In this document: positions 40,000-50,016 of the stretch, piece after piece
Layout: every line of letters starts with the position of its first letter
How positions within the stretch are numbered: the stretch's first letter is position 1
IMG/VR virus record: IMGVR_UViG_3300026521_000466
Coordinates: 64,001-128,000 of that record
DNA: 64,000 nucleotides
Origin: a virus
Reading direction: 5' to 3' (one strand)
Translations under genes and position numbers: made by a program
The notes under the pieces: model-generated
What the model was told of the DNA's origin: nothing
Seen by the model: the letters and a program-made list of their open reading frames with translations, nothing else
Database searches by the model: none

Positions 40000-40200
40000 A
40001 AGCACTACGCTATCGCCTGATGCTGGCGCTGCGTGCAATAAAAAAGATAATACCCTATAGGTACATACTGTGCGGGTCACTCCTAGGGTCGCGTCCCTTA
40101 GAGAGTTCCTACGGTCACTCTCTACCAGTATGATTGTATTTATATAATCCTCTCACTCAACCCCTCCTAGAAGGTTCCCCTTCTCTCTCTCCTTATATTC
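40000..40200. other. Structured non-coding element (multi-hairpin plus purine/pyrimidine-skewed tract)
   Basis: Closing stem CATACTG/CAGTATG encloses AGGG/CCCT and TAGAGAG/CTCTCTA stems; GGTCACTC and TCCTASGGTC each occur twice. Confidence 0.5.
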
Positions 40201-40241
40201 ACATAATAGCAACCAAATAAAAAAATATAACAGAGAGGATA

Positions 40242-40757
40242 TTACTCCTCCCTGATGGTACTAAGCAGTGAGGAGTAATACTTAATATCCTCCTCTACTG
40301 CATTAGCACCTGCATCATTATAGCCTCTTTTCTCTAGCATAGAAATCATGGCTATAATGATGCTTTCCCTAATGTCGTAATCAACATTAGGGTTTTCTAT
40401 ATCAAGTGGGGAGGCTTGATATACTACAGAGCCCTCTACTAACGAGGATTCACTCTCAATACCTGCTTCATTATACCCTGAGGTAATATGGCAGGCATGT
40501 GCACCCACCCCATTTTTCAGCATCATGGCTGATCTAATGGTGCGGGTGTTAATGATGACAATGCTATGCTTGTCATCAATAGTAGCTATTGAAAAATTAT
40601 CAGGTGTCCCCATCGCTTGATAATTTCCTTTGGGATACGATAATACCAATGCTGGTTTGCCATCTACCCCACCTAGACTTAACCAACTGGCGGACTTGTC
40701 CATACCCGCCAGATGAATTTTGAAGTCATGCTTCAGAGCATTGTATGATTTTAACAC
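40242..40757 (-). CDS. Early hypothetical protein
   Basis: GTG start after AGGAG; 171 aa. Confidence 0.65.
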   Translation of the reverse strand: MLKSYNALKHDFKIHLAGMDKSASWLSLGGVDGKPALVLSYPKGNYQAMGTPDNFSIATIDDKHSIVIINTRTIRSAMMLKNGVGAHACHITSGYNEAGIESESSLVEGSVVYQASPLDIENPNVDYDIRESIIIAMISMLEKRGYNDAGANAVEEDIKYYSSLLSTIREE

Positions 40758-40984
40758 GTGATGCTCCTATGAAAATCAATCTGCATCTGAGAGAAGAATC
40801 TCTCACTCTCTCTCAGATGCTCTTTAAAACAGAGGTTGTGATGGGCAGCGACAACCTCCCCTCGTTGCGGTTGGGAAATGTCGAGATTTCTCATCTCTTC
40901 CATCTCCCTCTCGACTTCTTCGAGTTTCTTGAAGAAGTCTTTCTCCGACGGAAATGGTCCATCGGTTAATGGTTTTAATGCCAT
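40751..40984 (-). CDS. Small early hypothetical protein
   Basis: Likely start is ATG 40984 after AAGGAG (MALKPLTDG...). Confidence 0.6.
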   Translation of the reverse strand: MALKPLTDGPFPSEKDFFKKLEEVEREMEEMRNLDISQPQRGEVVAAHHNLCFKEHLRESERFFSQMQIDFHRSITC

Positions 40985-41045
40985 AATTATCTCCTTACGA
41001 TAATAAATAATTAGTATCATAGATACACCTAAGCCTAAACCACTA

Positions 41046-41055
41046 TAATAATATA
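41046..41055 (-). promoter_or_regulatory. Early promoter motif
   Basis: TATATTATTA followed by TAGTGG. Confidence 0.7.
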
Positions 41056-41131
41056 CAAACACTACGGCTTGCAATTTGATTTATTCTTTATAACTTAATT
41101 ATAGGATAAGAGAAATAATAAAGGGTGTGAT

Positions 41132-42883
41132 ATGAGTGATATATGTAAAGAGTTTAGGTTTGCTGTACACCTGCCTAATAGTGACGATGGCGATTATCAT
41201 TTAGTGAAATTCCTAAATCACTATCCTGATGGTAGACAAGAGCACTCTATAGAGTTAATAAAAGATTATAAAAGACCATTTTATGTAACTAAAAAGTTCT
41301 ATAGAAATCATAAACAGAGGAAAGAAGCCGAGCATTTGAGTAGATTAGATAAGTTCATGTCTACAGAATCAGGATTAGCAAATAGCATATTTAAAGCATT
41401 GGGGAAACCAAAATATAAGAAAGCAAAACTATACGAGGTAAGAAGAGATAGAGATAGTATCTATGTTTATGGTGCAGACATACCATCCACTACACTGCTC
41501 TCTATGGAGTATAAAAAGAAGTGTGATAAGATAACACCGTTTATCCCCGGTTTTCTCGATATTGAAAATGATGTAGATACAAAAGAGATATCCCTGAATA
41601 CATTCGTCTATACAGAAGATGGAATCGATAAGGTTTATACTTTTGTAAATAATAACCTTATTCCAAACCTGCCTGGATTGGAAGAGAGGATAATTAATAA
41701 GTTATTAAAATCCTTACCTGATAAACTCCCATATGGACTAGATGTTGATAACTTAAAAATATCAATAACCAAGTGTAAAGATGAGAAAGAGTTAATACAA
41801 AAATCATTTAGCAGAATACATCGCTCTGATATCGATATATTATCCGGATGGAACTTTGAATTTGATATCTCTACTATTGCAAAAAGATCTGTGGTAAATG
41901 GATTAAGACCCGAAGATGTATTTTGTCATCCTGATATACCAAAAGAGCTCAGGTTCTTCGAGGTGATAGTAGGTAGGAGCGAGAAAGTGACTCAGGCAGG
42001 CAAGGTAACACCAGTACCGCCTGAAGAGAGGTGGCACGTAATGAAGAGTGCTGCTAAGTTCATAATGATGGATAGTATGTCACTCTATCGATATATTCGT
42101 TCACAAGATAAAAAGATACAAGGCGGGTATGGTTTAGATAACGTATTGGCAAAGTCTTTGAAGATAGGTAAACTTAAAACAGTTGATATTGAAGGTGTAA
42201 CAAAATATGAGTGGCATAAAACCATGTCTAATAAACACCCTATTGATTACTCTGCATATAACATATGGGATTCACTAGGATTAAATTGTAAAAATAAAAA
42301 AGACCACGACCTAGATTACTCACTACCCCTATTGAGCGGACATACTACATTTTATAACTTTAACAGTAACCCCACTAAGATATATGAGGATATGTATGAG
42401 TTCTATATGAAAGAGGATAAAGTACTGGCTATGTTTAAGAGTAAGGATGAGCAGGAGAGCAAATCTTTAGGCAGGGAATATTGGACAGTCACACTTAACC
42501 TATGGAGAATAGATGAGAATTATAGCGTACCTATACTGGATGATGAGTATTATTTAAATACTACAGAGTTACAGGATAAGGCTGCGCAAATGGTAGCATC
42601 ACATTACAATACGCCAAGGCCATTAACTAAGACAAGAGCTTATATACTGGCCATGGACTTGGATGTTACCTCTGCTTATCCAACAGTTACTTATGTTTTG
42701 AATATCAGTAACGATACATGTGTAAGAGACCTATTTGATGTAGTGGGAGTAGAAAAAGAAACATTTAAACATGCCAATATTGATTTAATCACCGGTGTAA
42801 TATCACATTTAGATTATGGTCATATTATGCATGAGTTACCTACATTGATAGAGGTGGATAGTATGATAGATGATTATTTATAA
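41132..42883 (+). CDS. Split family-B DNA polymerase: 3'-5' exonuclease plus motif A subunit (phiKZ gp82-like)
   Basis: Exo I FLDIE, Exo II GWNFEFD, Exo III YNIWD, motif A DLDVTSAYP. Confidence 0.9.
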   Translation: MSDICKEFRFAVHLPNSDDGDYHLVKFLNHYPDGRQEHSIELIKDYKRPFYVTKKFYRNHKQRKEAEHLSRLDKFMSTESGLANSIFKALGKPKYKKAKLYEVRRDRDSIYVYGADIPSTTLLSMEYKKKCDKITPFIPGFLDIENDVDTKEISLNTFVYTEDGIDKVYTFVNNNLIPNLPGLEERIINKLLKSLPDKLPYGLDVDNLKISITKCKDEKELIQKSFSRIHRSDIDILSGWNFEFDISTIAKRSVVNGLRPEDVFCHPDIPKELRFFEVIVGRSEKVTQAGKVTPVPPEERWHVMKSAAKFIMMDSMSLYRYIRSQDKKIQGGYGLDNVLAKSLKIGKLKTVDIEGVTKYEWHKTMSNKHPIDYSAYNIWDSLGLNCKNKKDHDLDYSLPLLSGHTTFYNFNSNPTKIYEDMYEFYMKEDKVLAMFKSKDEQESKSLGREYWTVTLNLWRIDENYSVPILDDEYYLNTTELQDKAAQMVASHYNTPRPLTKTRAYILAMDLDVTSAYPTVTYVLNISNDTCVRDLFDVVGVEKETFKHANIDLITGVISHLDYGHIMHELPTLIEVDSMIDDYL

Positions 42884-42895
42884 TAAAGAAAAAAG

Positions 42896-42922
42896 AGAGT
42901 ATGGGTTAAATTCCCATACTCT
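42896..42922. terminator. Bidirectional terminator-like hairpin
   Basis: AGAGTATGGG-ttaaatt-CCCATACTCT flanked by A- and T-tracts. Confidence 0.7.
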
Positions 42923-42946
42923 TAAATTTTTTGTTTAATGCTGTCA

Positions 42947-43192
42947 TTAACCACCCCAATCATTGTCTGGGTCTAGTCCTTGCCTCTTTTCCCAATCCTC
43001 CAATGTTTTTCTCAATAACTTAATAGGACTATTATTTCCATCAATAGTTTTTGTTTTAGACATCCCACCGTGAGGAATTTGATCATGCGTTATAACTATA
43101 ATATACTCGCAAACGCCTTCATTAACAAGTTTACTAGAAAAATCATTCAATATTTTCTGTAGCTTATCTACTTTTTTTAGTTTTGTTATCAT
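42947..43192 (-). CDS. Small hypothetical protein
   Basis: Likely start is ATG 43192 after AAAGGA. Confidence 0.55.
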   Translation of the reverse strand: MITKLKKVDKLQKILNDFSSKLVNEGVCEYIIVITHDQIPHGGMSKTKTIDGNNSPIKLLRKTLEDWEKRQGLDPDNDWGG

Positions 43193-43245
43193 ATAATGTC
43201 CTTTTAATTTAATGTTTATTGCCCTAGTATGATCACATAACAACA

Positions 43246-44445
43246 CTACCTTTTTATATCTGTTATACTTATTGTATATATATATACTGCTATAATAATC
43301 GTGCTGGATGATAAAACACCTCTAGTCTTTATACCAGTTACCTCTTTTACCATCTTGATTATTTTATTTTTGATATCTTGCATATCTTTATCTTTTAAAC
43401 TACTGCTACTCCAATAGTTCTTTAAGAACTTGAATACTGCAATAAGTCTATCTGAATAAGGAGGATACATCTTCTCAACATAGAGATATCTGTTATTGAT
43501 CTCTATGATCTTCACACACATATCTACCATCTCTTTACTTTCAAATGCTTTCTGCTGAATATGTTCTAATGTCTTCAACACAGCATCTATTTTTATTCTC
43601 GGATAGAGCTCAGATACAATGCTAAGAAGATCTTTATCTATAAAATCATCTTTAATATATATTTTTCTTTTGATGCTCTCAACATATACACTGTGTATGT
43701 CATTAACCTCACGTACCCTCTCTTCATTATCTTCTCCGTCTCTTGCCACTGGAGAAGCGGTTCTTCTTAACTTATCCTCTTCTTGAACTTTTACTAAGAC
43801 ACTATACTGTTGTAGAATAAATGACTTTATCGTTGTATTTAAATTTGATACATAATAAAGAAATTTCATAGGCTTGTCTCTTTTTAATACCTTTGACCAA
43901 TTTCCACTTTCATATCTTGATATTGCATTATGCTCCAATACTTTATAATTCGACCCTAACCTTTTTATAATAAATTTTCTAGGAAGTCTCTCATATAGTG
44001 TCGTAGCCATATCTTTTGATACTGCATAGTTGAAGTATCTAAAATACATAGACGTAATCATCTTATATTGAAATATAATATTAAGATTAATGTAGAAGTC
44101 TCTTTTTATACTTTCGCTAACCTTGCTCTCTAATGCCTTGCGCAGATAAAGAGCACATACAACATTAAATGGGTCAGTAATAATATTCCAACTAGATTTT
44201 ACACCATCTAATTTCTTAATGTCATTTTTCAATTCAGTCTCATCTATATCCAATAGTAGATATAAGTTCTCTTTATCATTATCTCTAAAACGTATCTCAT
44301 GTACTCCAAAATAGAAACTATTAAACCACTCCATAGAATCTTCTGTCCTAGTCATAATAGCTATTAGATACTGCTTCATCTTAACACTTAACTCTTTACT
44401 TACAGGCACAGTTGCATGTTTCAACATCATCTCTTTAATATTCAT
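43246..44445 (-). CDS. Conserved chimallivirus core protein (gp77-like)
   Basis: FGVH.IRF...D, I..DPFN, TS....YF.Y...A...Y..L..KF.IK..GS pattern. Confidence 0.65.
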   Translation of the reverse strand: MNIKEMMLKHATVPVSKELSVKMKQYLIAIMTRTEDSMEWFNSFYFGVHEIRFRDNDKENLYLLLDIDETELKNDIKKLDGVKSSWNIITDPFNVVCALYLRKALESKVSESIKRDFYINLNIIFQYKMITSMYFRYFNYAVSKDMATTLYERLPRKFIIKRLGSNYKVLEHNAISRYESGNWSKVLKRDKPMKFLYYVSNLNTTIKSFILQQYSVLVKVQEEDKLRRTASPVARDGEDNEERVREVNDIHSVYVESIKRKIYIKDDFIDKDLLSIVSELYPRIKIDAVLKTLEHIQQKAFESKEMVDMCVKIIEINNRYLYVEKMYPPYSDRLIAVFKFLKNYWSSSSLKDKDMQDIKNKIIKMVKEVTGIKTRGVLSSSTIIIAVYIYTISITDIKR

Positions 44446-44494
44446 GGTAAAGCCTTCTTTTTTCTTATCAAATAAAAAGATGTACAGAGTGTTC

Positions 44495-45247
44495 TTACGA
44501 ACACTCTGCCATTACATAACCCATACCGATGAATTTTCCATAGAATTGATTTTTAATACCTGTTTTAGGCATATCTTTCAATTTCCCGTTTTGTTTAGCT
44601 GCCGCCATAGCAAGGACTGCGGTATATGCATCAAGAGACTCTCGATCTCCTGCCCAGATTTGAATTACAGTTCCTGCTTGCGCCATAAGTTTTTTAATAT
44701 TAGCCAAATGATCAAGTACATTATTAGCTATTTTTATCCTTACGGTAATATCTTCATCTTCATTTGAAAGTACAATGTTCATACCACTGATAAAGTTCAA
44801 TGCCATATGAGCCTCTGCGGATGTTTTCTTTTTAGCAGAGATAGACTTTGAAATATCAGCCATCTCTTTAACAAGAGGGTGTGTTTTCTCTTCTTTTGAT
44901 TCTTTTACTGTTGTATCTGTAGGAAATGATTTTTTTTCCTCGGATTGTGTCTTTTCAACCGGCTTGACTGGCTTCGTTTCATCGGTTGGTTTCTTTGCAT
45001 CCTGTGCTGATTTCGGAGTTTCCTTAACCGGTTCTGTTTTTACAGGTGTTGGTTCTGGAACTTTTTCTTTTGCTTTAACTGGTGTCTTCTCTACTGTTTT
45101 TGTAGGTGTTTTTTCTTCAACGGCAGCTGTCTTTTCTACAGTCGTTGTGTCTTTTGTAGCAGCTGTTTTCTTTGCAGCTTTTGAGGAAGACCCAGAAGAT
45201 CTAGTTTTTTTTGTCGTAGTGCTCTTTGTTGTTTCTTTACCTGACAT
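44495..45247 (-). CDS. Hypothetical protein with a K/T/E/P-rich disordered N-terminus
   Basis: About 120 low-complexity residues (EKTP repeats) followed by a helical domain. Confidence 0.7.
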   Translation of the reverse strand: MSGKETTKSTTTKKTRSSGSSSKAAKKTAATKDTTTVEKTAAVEEKTPTKTVEKTPVKAKEKVPEPTPVKTEPVKETPKSAQDAKKPTDETKPVKPVEKTQSEEKKSFPTDTTVKESKEEKTHPLVKEMADISKSISAKKKTSAEAHMALNFISGMNIVLSNEDEDITVRIKIANNVLDHLANIKKLMAQAGTVIQIWAGDRESLDAYTAVLAMAAAKQNGKLKDMPKTGIKNQFYGKFIGMGYVMAECS

Positions 45248-45280
45248 ATTTAGTCCTTTCTATATTAGTTCATTTAATAA

Positions 45281-46003
45281 TCAACCCTCTACAACGGAGG
45301 ATAGATACTGTTCTAGTTCCATCATTGAATCATTAGAGCCAAGATTGAACACCCTGAAATCTAGTATAGTAGATAATCTAAGTATTTTAGATATATCAAA
45401 TCCAAGTTCTTTAAACTTTACATCCTTTGACATTGCCGATGTTCCGCATGGAGTATATATAATCGCAAACTCTATCGGTGCGTTACAACCCTCGCCCAGA
45501 AGAAGATGTATAAAGTTTGCCCTGAATGCTTTAAAGAAGCTTTTCATATCGTTATACTTATCTGCATCTGATTTAAACAACTGTTTTTCAGTCCATATAG
45601 CAACATTGTGCGCCATCTTAGTAGGTCTCTTAATGATGGGTTGAATGGATTTATTCATATCTGCCCATGGAAGAAAGACCTCTTTGTATGCTGCTTTTAT
45701 AAAGGCGTGTTTTGCAATCTTGTTGTTTCTATCTTCCGGGTTGATTCGGAGCGTCCACTCTTTTAAGCTTAGTCGATCAATCACTCTATTGAGTGTCTCT
45801 TTTGCTTCATCCGGCACTTCCACTTCCGAATGTATGTAATAACATTTATTATTGCGTTGTAGTGTATCGACTTCAAGGTTGATTCCCTCATATACAGGCT
45901 CTTCAAAACGAGACCCACCGTTATTACTCTCCTGCGGCTTAGTTTCCACTTCACTTTTCAGCTGCTCTGGAGTTTTCTCCACCATATCATAAATATCTGA
46001 CAT
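45281..46003 (-). CDS. Degenerate DprA/SLOG-like protein
   Basis: W.LR, EVFLPW..MN, LLLG...P..FAI.YT..G and VFNL match the phage DprA-like family, but the Gly-rich loops are missing; likely start ATG 46003. Confidence 0.5.
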   Translation of the reverse strand: MSDIYDMVEKTPEQLKSEVETKPQESNNGGSRFEEPVYEGINLEVDTLQRNNKCYYIHSEVEVPDEAKETLNRVIDRLSLKEWTLRINPEDRNNKIAKHAFIKAAYKEVFLPWADMNKSIQPIIKRPTKMAHNVAIWTEKQLFKSDADKYNDMKSFFKAFRANFIHLLLGEGCNAPIEFAIIYTPCGTSAMSKDVKFKELGFDISKILRLSTILDFRVFNLGSNDSMMELEQYLSSVVEG

Positions 46004-46045
46004 ATGTTTCCTTTTTGTTATATTGTTCATCTTAAATATGTAATA

Positions 46046-47308
46046 TTAAAATAAGTCATCTACTGTTAACTCTACCAAGTTATATGTAGTGGCATGGAAT
46101 TTAGACATATTGAAATTTAGATATTCGCCACCTAATCCAATAGCTACGAGTAACATACCTTGTTCCACTTTCGATAATGAATCACCTGTGCATTTCTTAC
46201 AGAATTTACCTCTTCCTGCCTTACAGAGATGAGGTAATCTCAAATCTACATACTTACCCACTAATGAATCTACTGTATCATTTGATATTCGTATGGTAGC
46301 GCCGTTCTTGAAATAATATTTACCTACCATTATCTCTTTATTATCTTCTGTTATTTTATATGGATATGACTCTTTGGTTTTACAATCATCCACATCAATT
46401 AGATAAGCGAATAACATCTTCACCAGTATCTTTTCAAAATATCCAGAATCCTTTGTAGAGATACCCCTTTGTGCTGACCCATTGTATATGTTGTTTACTA
46501 TATCTGCAAACTTCTCCTTATCCAAAGGAGCGCCGCTCATTAAGGCTTCCTCTATAATAGCAAATGCCTTTTCTGGATCTAGTGTATCTATCAAACCTAC
46601 TGCGACAAATCTCTTTTTCAAGGACTGTTCAACAATCTTTTTATCTGTGGTAATGCCATATGTGGGATCATCTTTCAAATACTCTTTATACCTTGTCATT
46701 ACTTCATTTTCATACTCAAGGTATATTTTGGAATCTTTTAATGCATCGTCCCCATACTTTTTGATATACTTTGCCTTTACCTCTTTTTTATAGCTATCCA
46801 ACCAGTCCGGTTTAAAATCCACCTTTTCGGTAGACGGTATGGTTACATAAACAGCAATAGGTCTCATAAAGACCACTACCTTTGCTGCTTTTTTATAATC
46901 CGATATAGGTATCTTCTTCTCATTTACCAAAGGTATGAGTTTTTTCTCAATAGTTCCGAAATCAAACATTTCATTAATGTATTCAAACATAGCATTTGTG
47001 CCATACTCAATATATAGATAGTTATTTATTAACCGTCCTACAGTACTCTCCATTCTAGTTTTTACACACCTCATCATATCAGGAGTTACCACCACCTTAT
47101 CATTGACTCTAAATACGGGGTCTCCCTTTTTCCTACTGAGAAAATAATCCTTGGATAGATGTAGTGTATAACCATTCTTTTCTATAGTGACTAATTTATT
47201 ATTCTTCCCTGGGGTAGATAGCAAGGTCTTTATATTATCCACATCATGCAGTATTTCGTTACTTACAATATCTTTCCATATTTCATCCATTATACTCTCC
47301 ATGCACAA
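46046..47308 (-). CDS. Virion RNA polymerase beta' fragment (phiKZ gp80-like)
   Basis: STVGRLINN, GS.QRG.ST..SG...K bridge helix, DDCKT, LR.P..C...FC.KC.G, MSKFH. Confidence 0.88.
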   Translation of the reverse strand: MCMESIMDEIWKDIVSNEILHDVDNIKTLLSTPGKNNKLVTIEKNGYTLHLSKDYFLSRKKGDPVFRVNDKVVVTPDMMRCVKTRMESTVGRLINNYLYIEYGTNAMFEYINEMFDFGTIEKKLIPLVNEKKIPISDYKKAAKVVVFMRPIAVYVTIPSTEKVDFKPDWLDSYKKEVKAKYIKKYGDDALKDSKIYLEYENEVMTRYKEYLKDDPTYGITTDKKIVEQSLKKRFVAVGLIDTLDPEKAFAIIEEALMSGAPLDKEKFADIVNNIYNGSAQRGISTKDSGYFEKILVKMLFAYLIDVDDCKTKESYPYKITEDNKEIMVGKYYFKNGATIRISNDTVDSLVGKYVDLRLPHLCKAGRGKFCKKCTGDSLSKVEQGMLLVAIGLGGEYLNFNMSKFHATTYNLVELTVDDLF

Positions 47309-48062
47309 ATCCGTTTACCTGTTCAATATACTCGTCTGGGATATGTATATATAAACGCTCTAAATTATCTGTCAGAGACGCTGTCATAAAGTTTACAGCA
47401 ATAAGAACTCTTACTGCCCACTCATCTACATGCCCTGCAAAATCTCTAAATTTTGCAATGATTACATTATCAGTAATCGATAAACGAGATATCTCTCTAA
47501 GGAATGCAAGGTTGATATCTTTGATACTGTATTTTTCAATAAGCTCTTTTCGCTTCTTATTTATTCCATATATCTCTTCCATCTCATGGTCATCAACATC
47601 ATCAGTAGAAAGAAACTCTTTGATAACAGATATGAAATCATCTTCAATATCTCCTATCAGATAATGCAAGTCTTCAGATATAACAAGGAAGTATTCGGAC
47701 AGTAAATCATTTAGAGATTCTATATTATCCTCGCCATCCAATGCTAATAGCGCATCTTCTTTTAAACCAATATCGATATCCTCGAGCACGATTATAGCCT
47801 GAAGAATATCCAGAGCTTTTGATAATGAACACTCTTCGTTTACAGTAATACCAAAATTGCTCAATGTGTTTCGTATATTTCTTTCAAAGATGTCCAATAC
47901 CTCTGAGTGTATGTGATCTCCTTCATATATATTATTCGTTAATTCATTAAGCTCATCTGTGTAGATTGTTGTATTGAAATATTCAAGTACCTCCACACAT
48001 TTTGAAAATAATTCCCCTGCCATTGGATTTATTAATCTATGCTCGATCATATATCGTATCAT
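47283..48062 (-). CDS. Conserved protein upstream of vRNAP beta' (gp79-like)
   Basis: 259-aa acidic helical ORF with L..FGI.V motif; synteny. Confidence 0.55.
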   Translation of the reverse strand: MIRYMIEHRLINPMAGELFSKCVEVLEYFNTTIYTDELNELTNNIYEGDHIHSEVLDIFERNIRNTLSNFGITVNEECSLSKALDILQAIIVLEDIDIGLKEDALLALDGEDNIESLNDLLSEYFLVISEDLHYLIGDIEDDFISVIKEFLSTDDVDDHEMEEIYGINKKRKELIEKYSIKDINLAFLREISRLSITDNVIIAKFRDFAGHVDEWAVRVLIAVNFMTASLTDNLERLYIHIPDEYIEQVNGFVHGEYNG

Positions 48063-48152
48063 CTTTTCATTCCTTATAGTTATATTATATTCAATTAAAT
48101 TTTACTTTTACTATATTAATGAACAATACAAACAGTAAAAAAGGATAAGACA

Positions 48153-48560
48153 ATGAGTATTAACAGAAAGATAAGAAGAAAACAGGAACAAAACACAATT
48201 AAAGACAAAGAGATCGACAGTGTTATAGCAAATGCTAAAAAGTTGATCATTACTGCCAAAGAGCCAAAAGCATTTTTAAGCGAATTGCTATATAATATTG
48301 TGGAATCAGAGGAGACGAAAGATGATATTGCTTATGTCAAAGGTATATATAACGGCATAGAAAATGTCATTCCATCCATTGAGGAAAATATTAAAAAACT
48401 AGAATTATTGGTTGGTGCAAAACGAACAGATAAGTTTATGCTTGATGCGGTTGAAACAATAATGGAAGTAAGTGAAAAATGTTTATTGTTGGAAGATAAT
48501 ATACGAAAAGCTTACACGGTATTTAAAAGTCTTGAAGAAGCAGGTGAAAAAAATGAGTAA
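48153..48560 (+). CDS. Hypothetical helical protein
   Basis: 135 aa, AAAGGA RBS. Confidence 0.7.
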   Translation: MSINRKIRRKQEQNTIKDKEIDSVIANAKKLIITAKEPKAFLSELLYNIVESEETKDDIAYVKGIYNGIENVIPSIEENIKKLELLVGAKRTDKFMLDAVETIMEVSEKCLLLEDNIRKAYTVFKSLEEAGEKNE

Positions 48561-50016
48561 AGAAAAAAAGATGTTAGGTGAAATTGGAGAAAACGATATA
48601 GGTGTTTTTCTCCCCACAAATTATGTTAATGCATATAATGCAATGGCTGAAAAGTTTGAGGCAATAGAAAAAGCGGTGTATAATAGTAACGATCAAGAGG
48701 TTGTTTTAAAAACATTACAAGAGCAGTTGGCAAAATCTTTCTATGCTTTAAATTTCGGATATAATGTAAAACAAGAGTCAAAGTTAAATAACAAGATCGA
48801 AATAGAGGCAAATGGGGACGTAAAACAACTTATAAATAAAGAGGCTACAGTAAAACCTAAAAGACAGGGTAAACTAAAAGGTACAGGTTTATCAGCTATT
48901 GCTGCAAATGCAACAGGTGTTTCTGCAAAACAGACCAAGTGGCATCTTTACAATAGTGGATTTTGGATAACTATTAAACCTATGAGTTCAGATGATAAGA
49001 TTGCATTAGAAGCAAGATTGGTTAATGAACTTGTTGAAGTAGGTATTAATACGTTAGGTTTAATATTCAGTAATGATGCAGCGGCATATCGCTCTATTTT
49101 ATTGGATTTTTTACGGCCATTTATAGATATGTCAAACAGTTCTCTAAAATTTGAAGAGGGCGATGACCCATATGATTATATCTCTGCTCTTGATACCGAT
49201 ATACTTATAGCTGCGCTTGTCTATAACATCTACCCGACAGGTTTTCCAATCACTCTCATCTGTAGAAACAATTTGGAGATTGAAGTGAATGGTGTGAAAA
49301 GTCGCGCTAAATGCGATAATGTATTGGAAGATACGGTGAATGCGTTGGAGTGCGTCTATGCGGACATGGATTCTCTTACCGAAGAGCAGATCAATATTTT
49401 GGCCATGGGACGCGCCTCCGTATATAAAGGCACTGAGGAAGAGTATCAAAATGACAATGAAATAGGACTCTCCATATTGGACTACAAAAATGACATGGTA
49501 AATGTAAGAGAACTATCATATACAAACGGAAAATTCAATACAGCTATGGATATAAAATTGACAATAGGCGATACTACAGTAAATGATTTACTTAAGTCTG
49601 CCGATAAATTTATCATTGACTTGAAGACTAAAATAGACGATATCATTTTGGAGCTCTCCGATAAAACAGAAAAACAGGCAGTGATTGAGCAATTTATGGA
49701 TAACGTACTCTTGGGTAAATATATCCATTTCATAAAACGTCTTGAGATAGGCGGAAATTGGTCGGATGATATGTATGATATTTATGATGCTCTTAATACA
49801 CTGCGCGAGAATGATGAACTTGCGGCTGATATTATCACAAAGATATCTGAGTTCATAGATGACACACTCAATTATGCCATAGGACATCCTAGATTTGAAT
49901 GTAGTCAATGTAAAAAAGTAATGAATGAAGATAAAGTACTGCCAAACAAGAACCTTGAAAGTATCATACCATTTAACATACTATATGTTTTTACGATTCT
50001 CCGTATTATGCCATAA
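48553..50016 (+). CDS. Conserved tail/baseplate assembly chaperone-like protein with Zn-binding Cys residues
   Basis: Likely start ATG 48553; LYNSGFWIT.KP, YP.GF....C...C, F.C..C, ending ...YVFTIL. Confidence 0.65.
   Translation: MSKEKKMLGEIGENDIGVFLPTNYVNAYNAMAEKFEAIEKAVYNSNDQEVVLKTLQEQLAKSFYALNFGYNVKQESKLNNKIEIEANGDVKQLINKEATVKPKRQGKLKGTGLSAIAANATGVSAKQTKWHLYNSGFWITIKPMSSDDKIALEARLVNELVEVGINTLGLIFSNDAAAYRSILLDFLRPFIDMSNSSLKFEEGDDPYDYISALDTDILIAALVYNIYPTGFPITLICRNNLEIEVNGVKSRAKCDNVLEDTVNALECVYADMDSLTEEQINILAMGRASVYKGTEEEYQNDNEIGLSILDYKNDMVNVRELSYTNGKFNTAMDIKLTIGDTTVNDLLKSADKFIIDLKTKIDDIILELSDKTEKQAVIEQFMDNVLLGKYIHFIKRLEIGGNWSDDMYDIYDALNTLRENDELAADIITKISEFIDDTLNYAIGHPRFECSQCKKVMNEDKVLPNKNLESIIPFNILYVFTILRIMP

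Noticed and set aside
44964-45644. Long antisense ORFs (e.g. 44964-45644, 16999-17613, 51142-51696, 10891-11358)
   Set aside because: Shadow frames opposite well-supported genes, with S/F/L-rich composition and no RBS.
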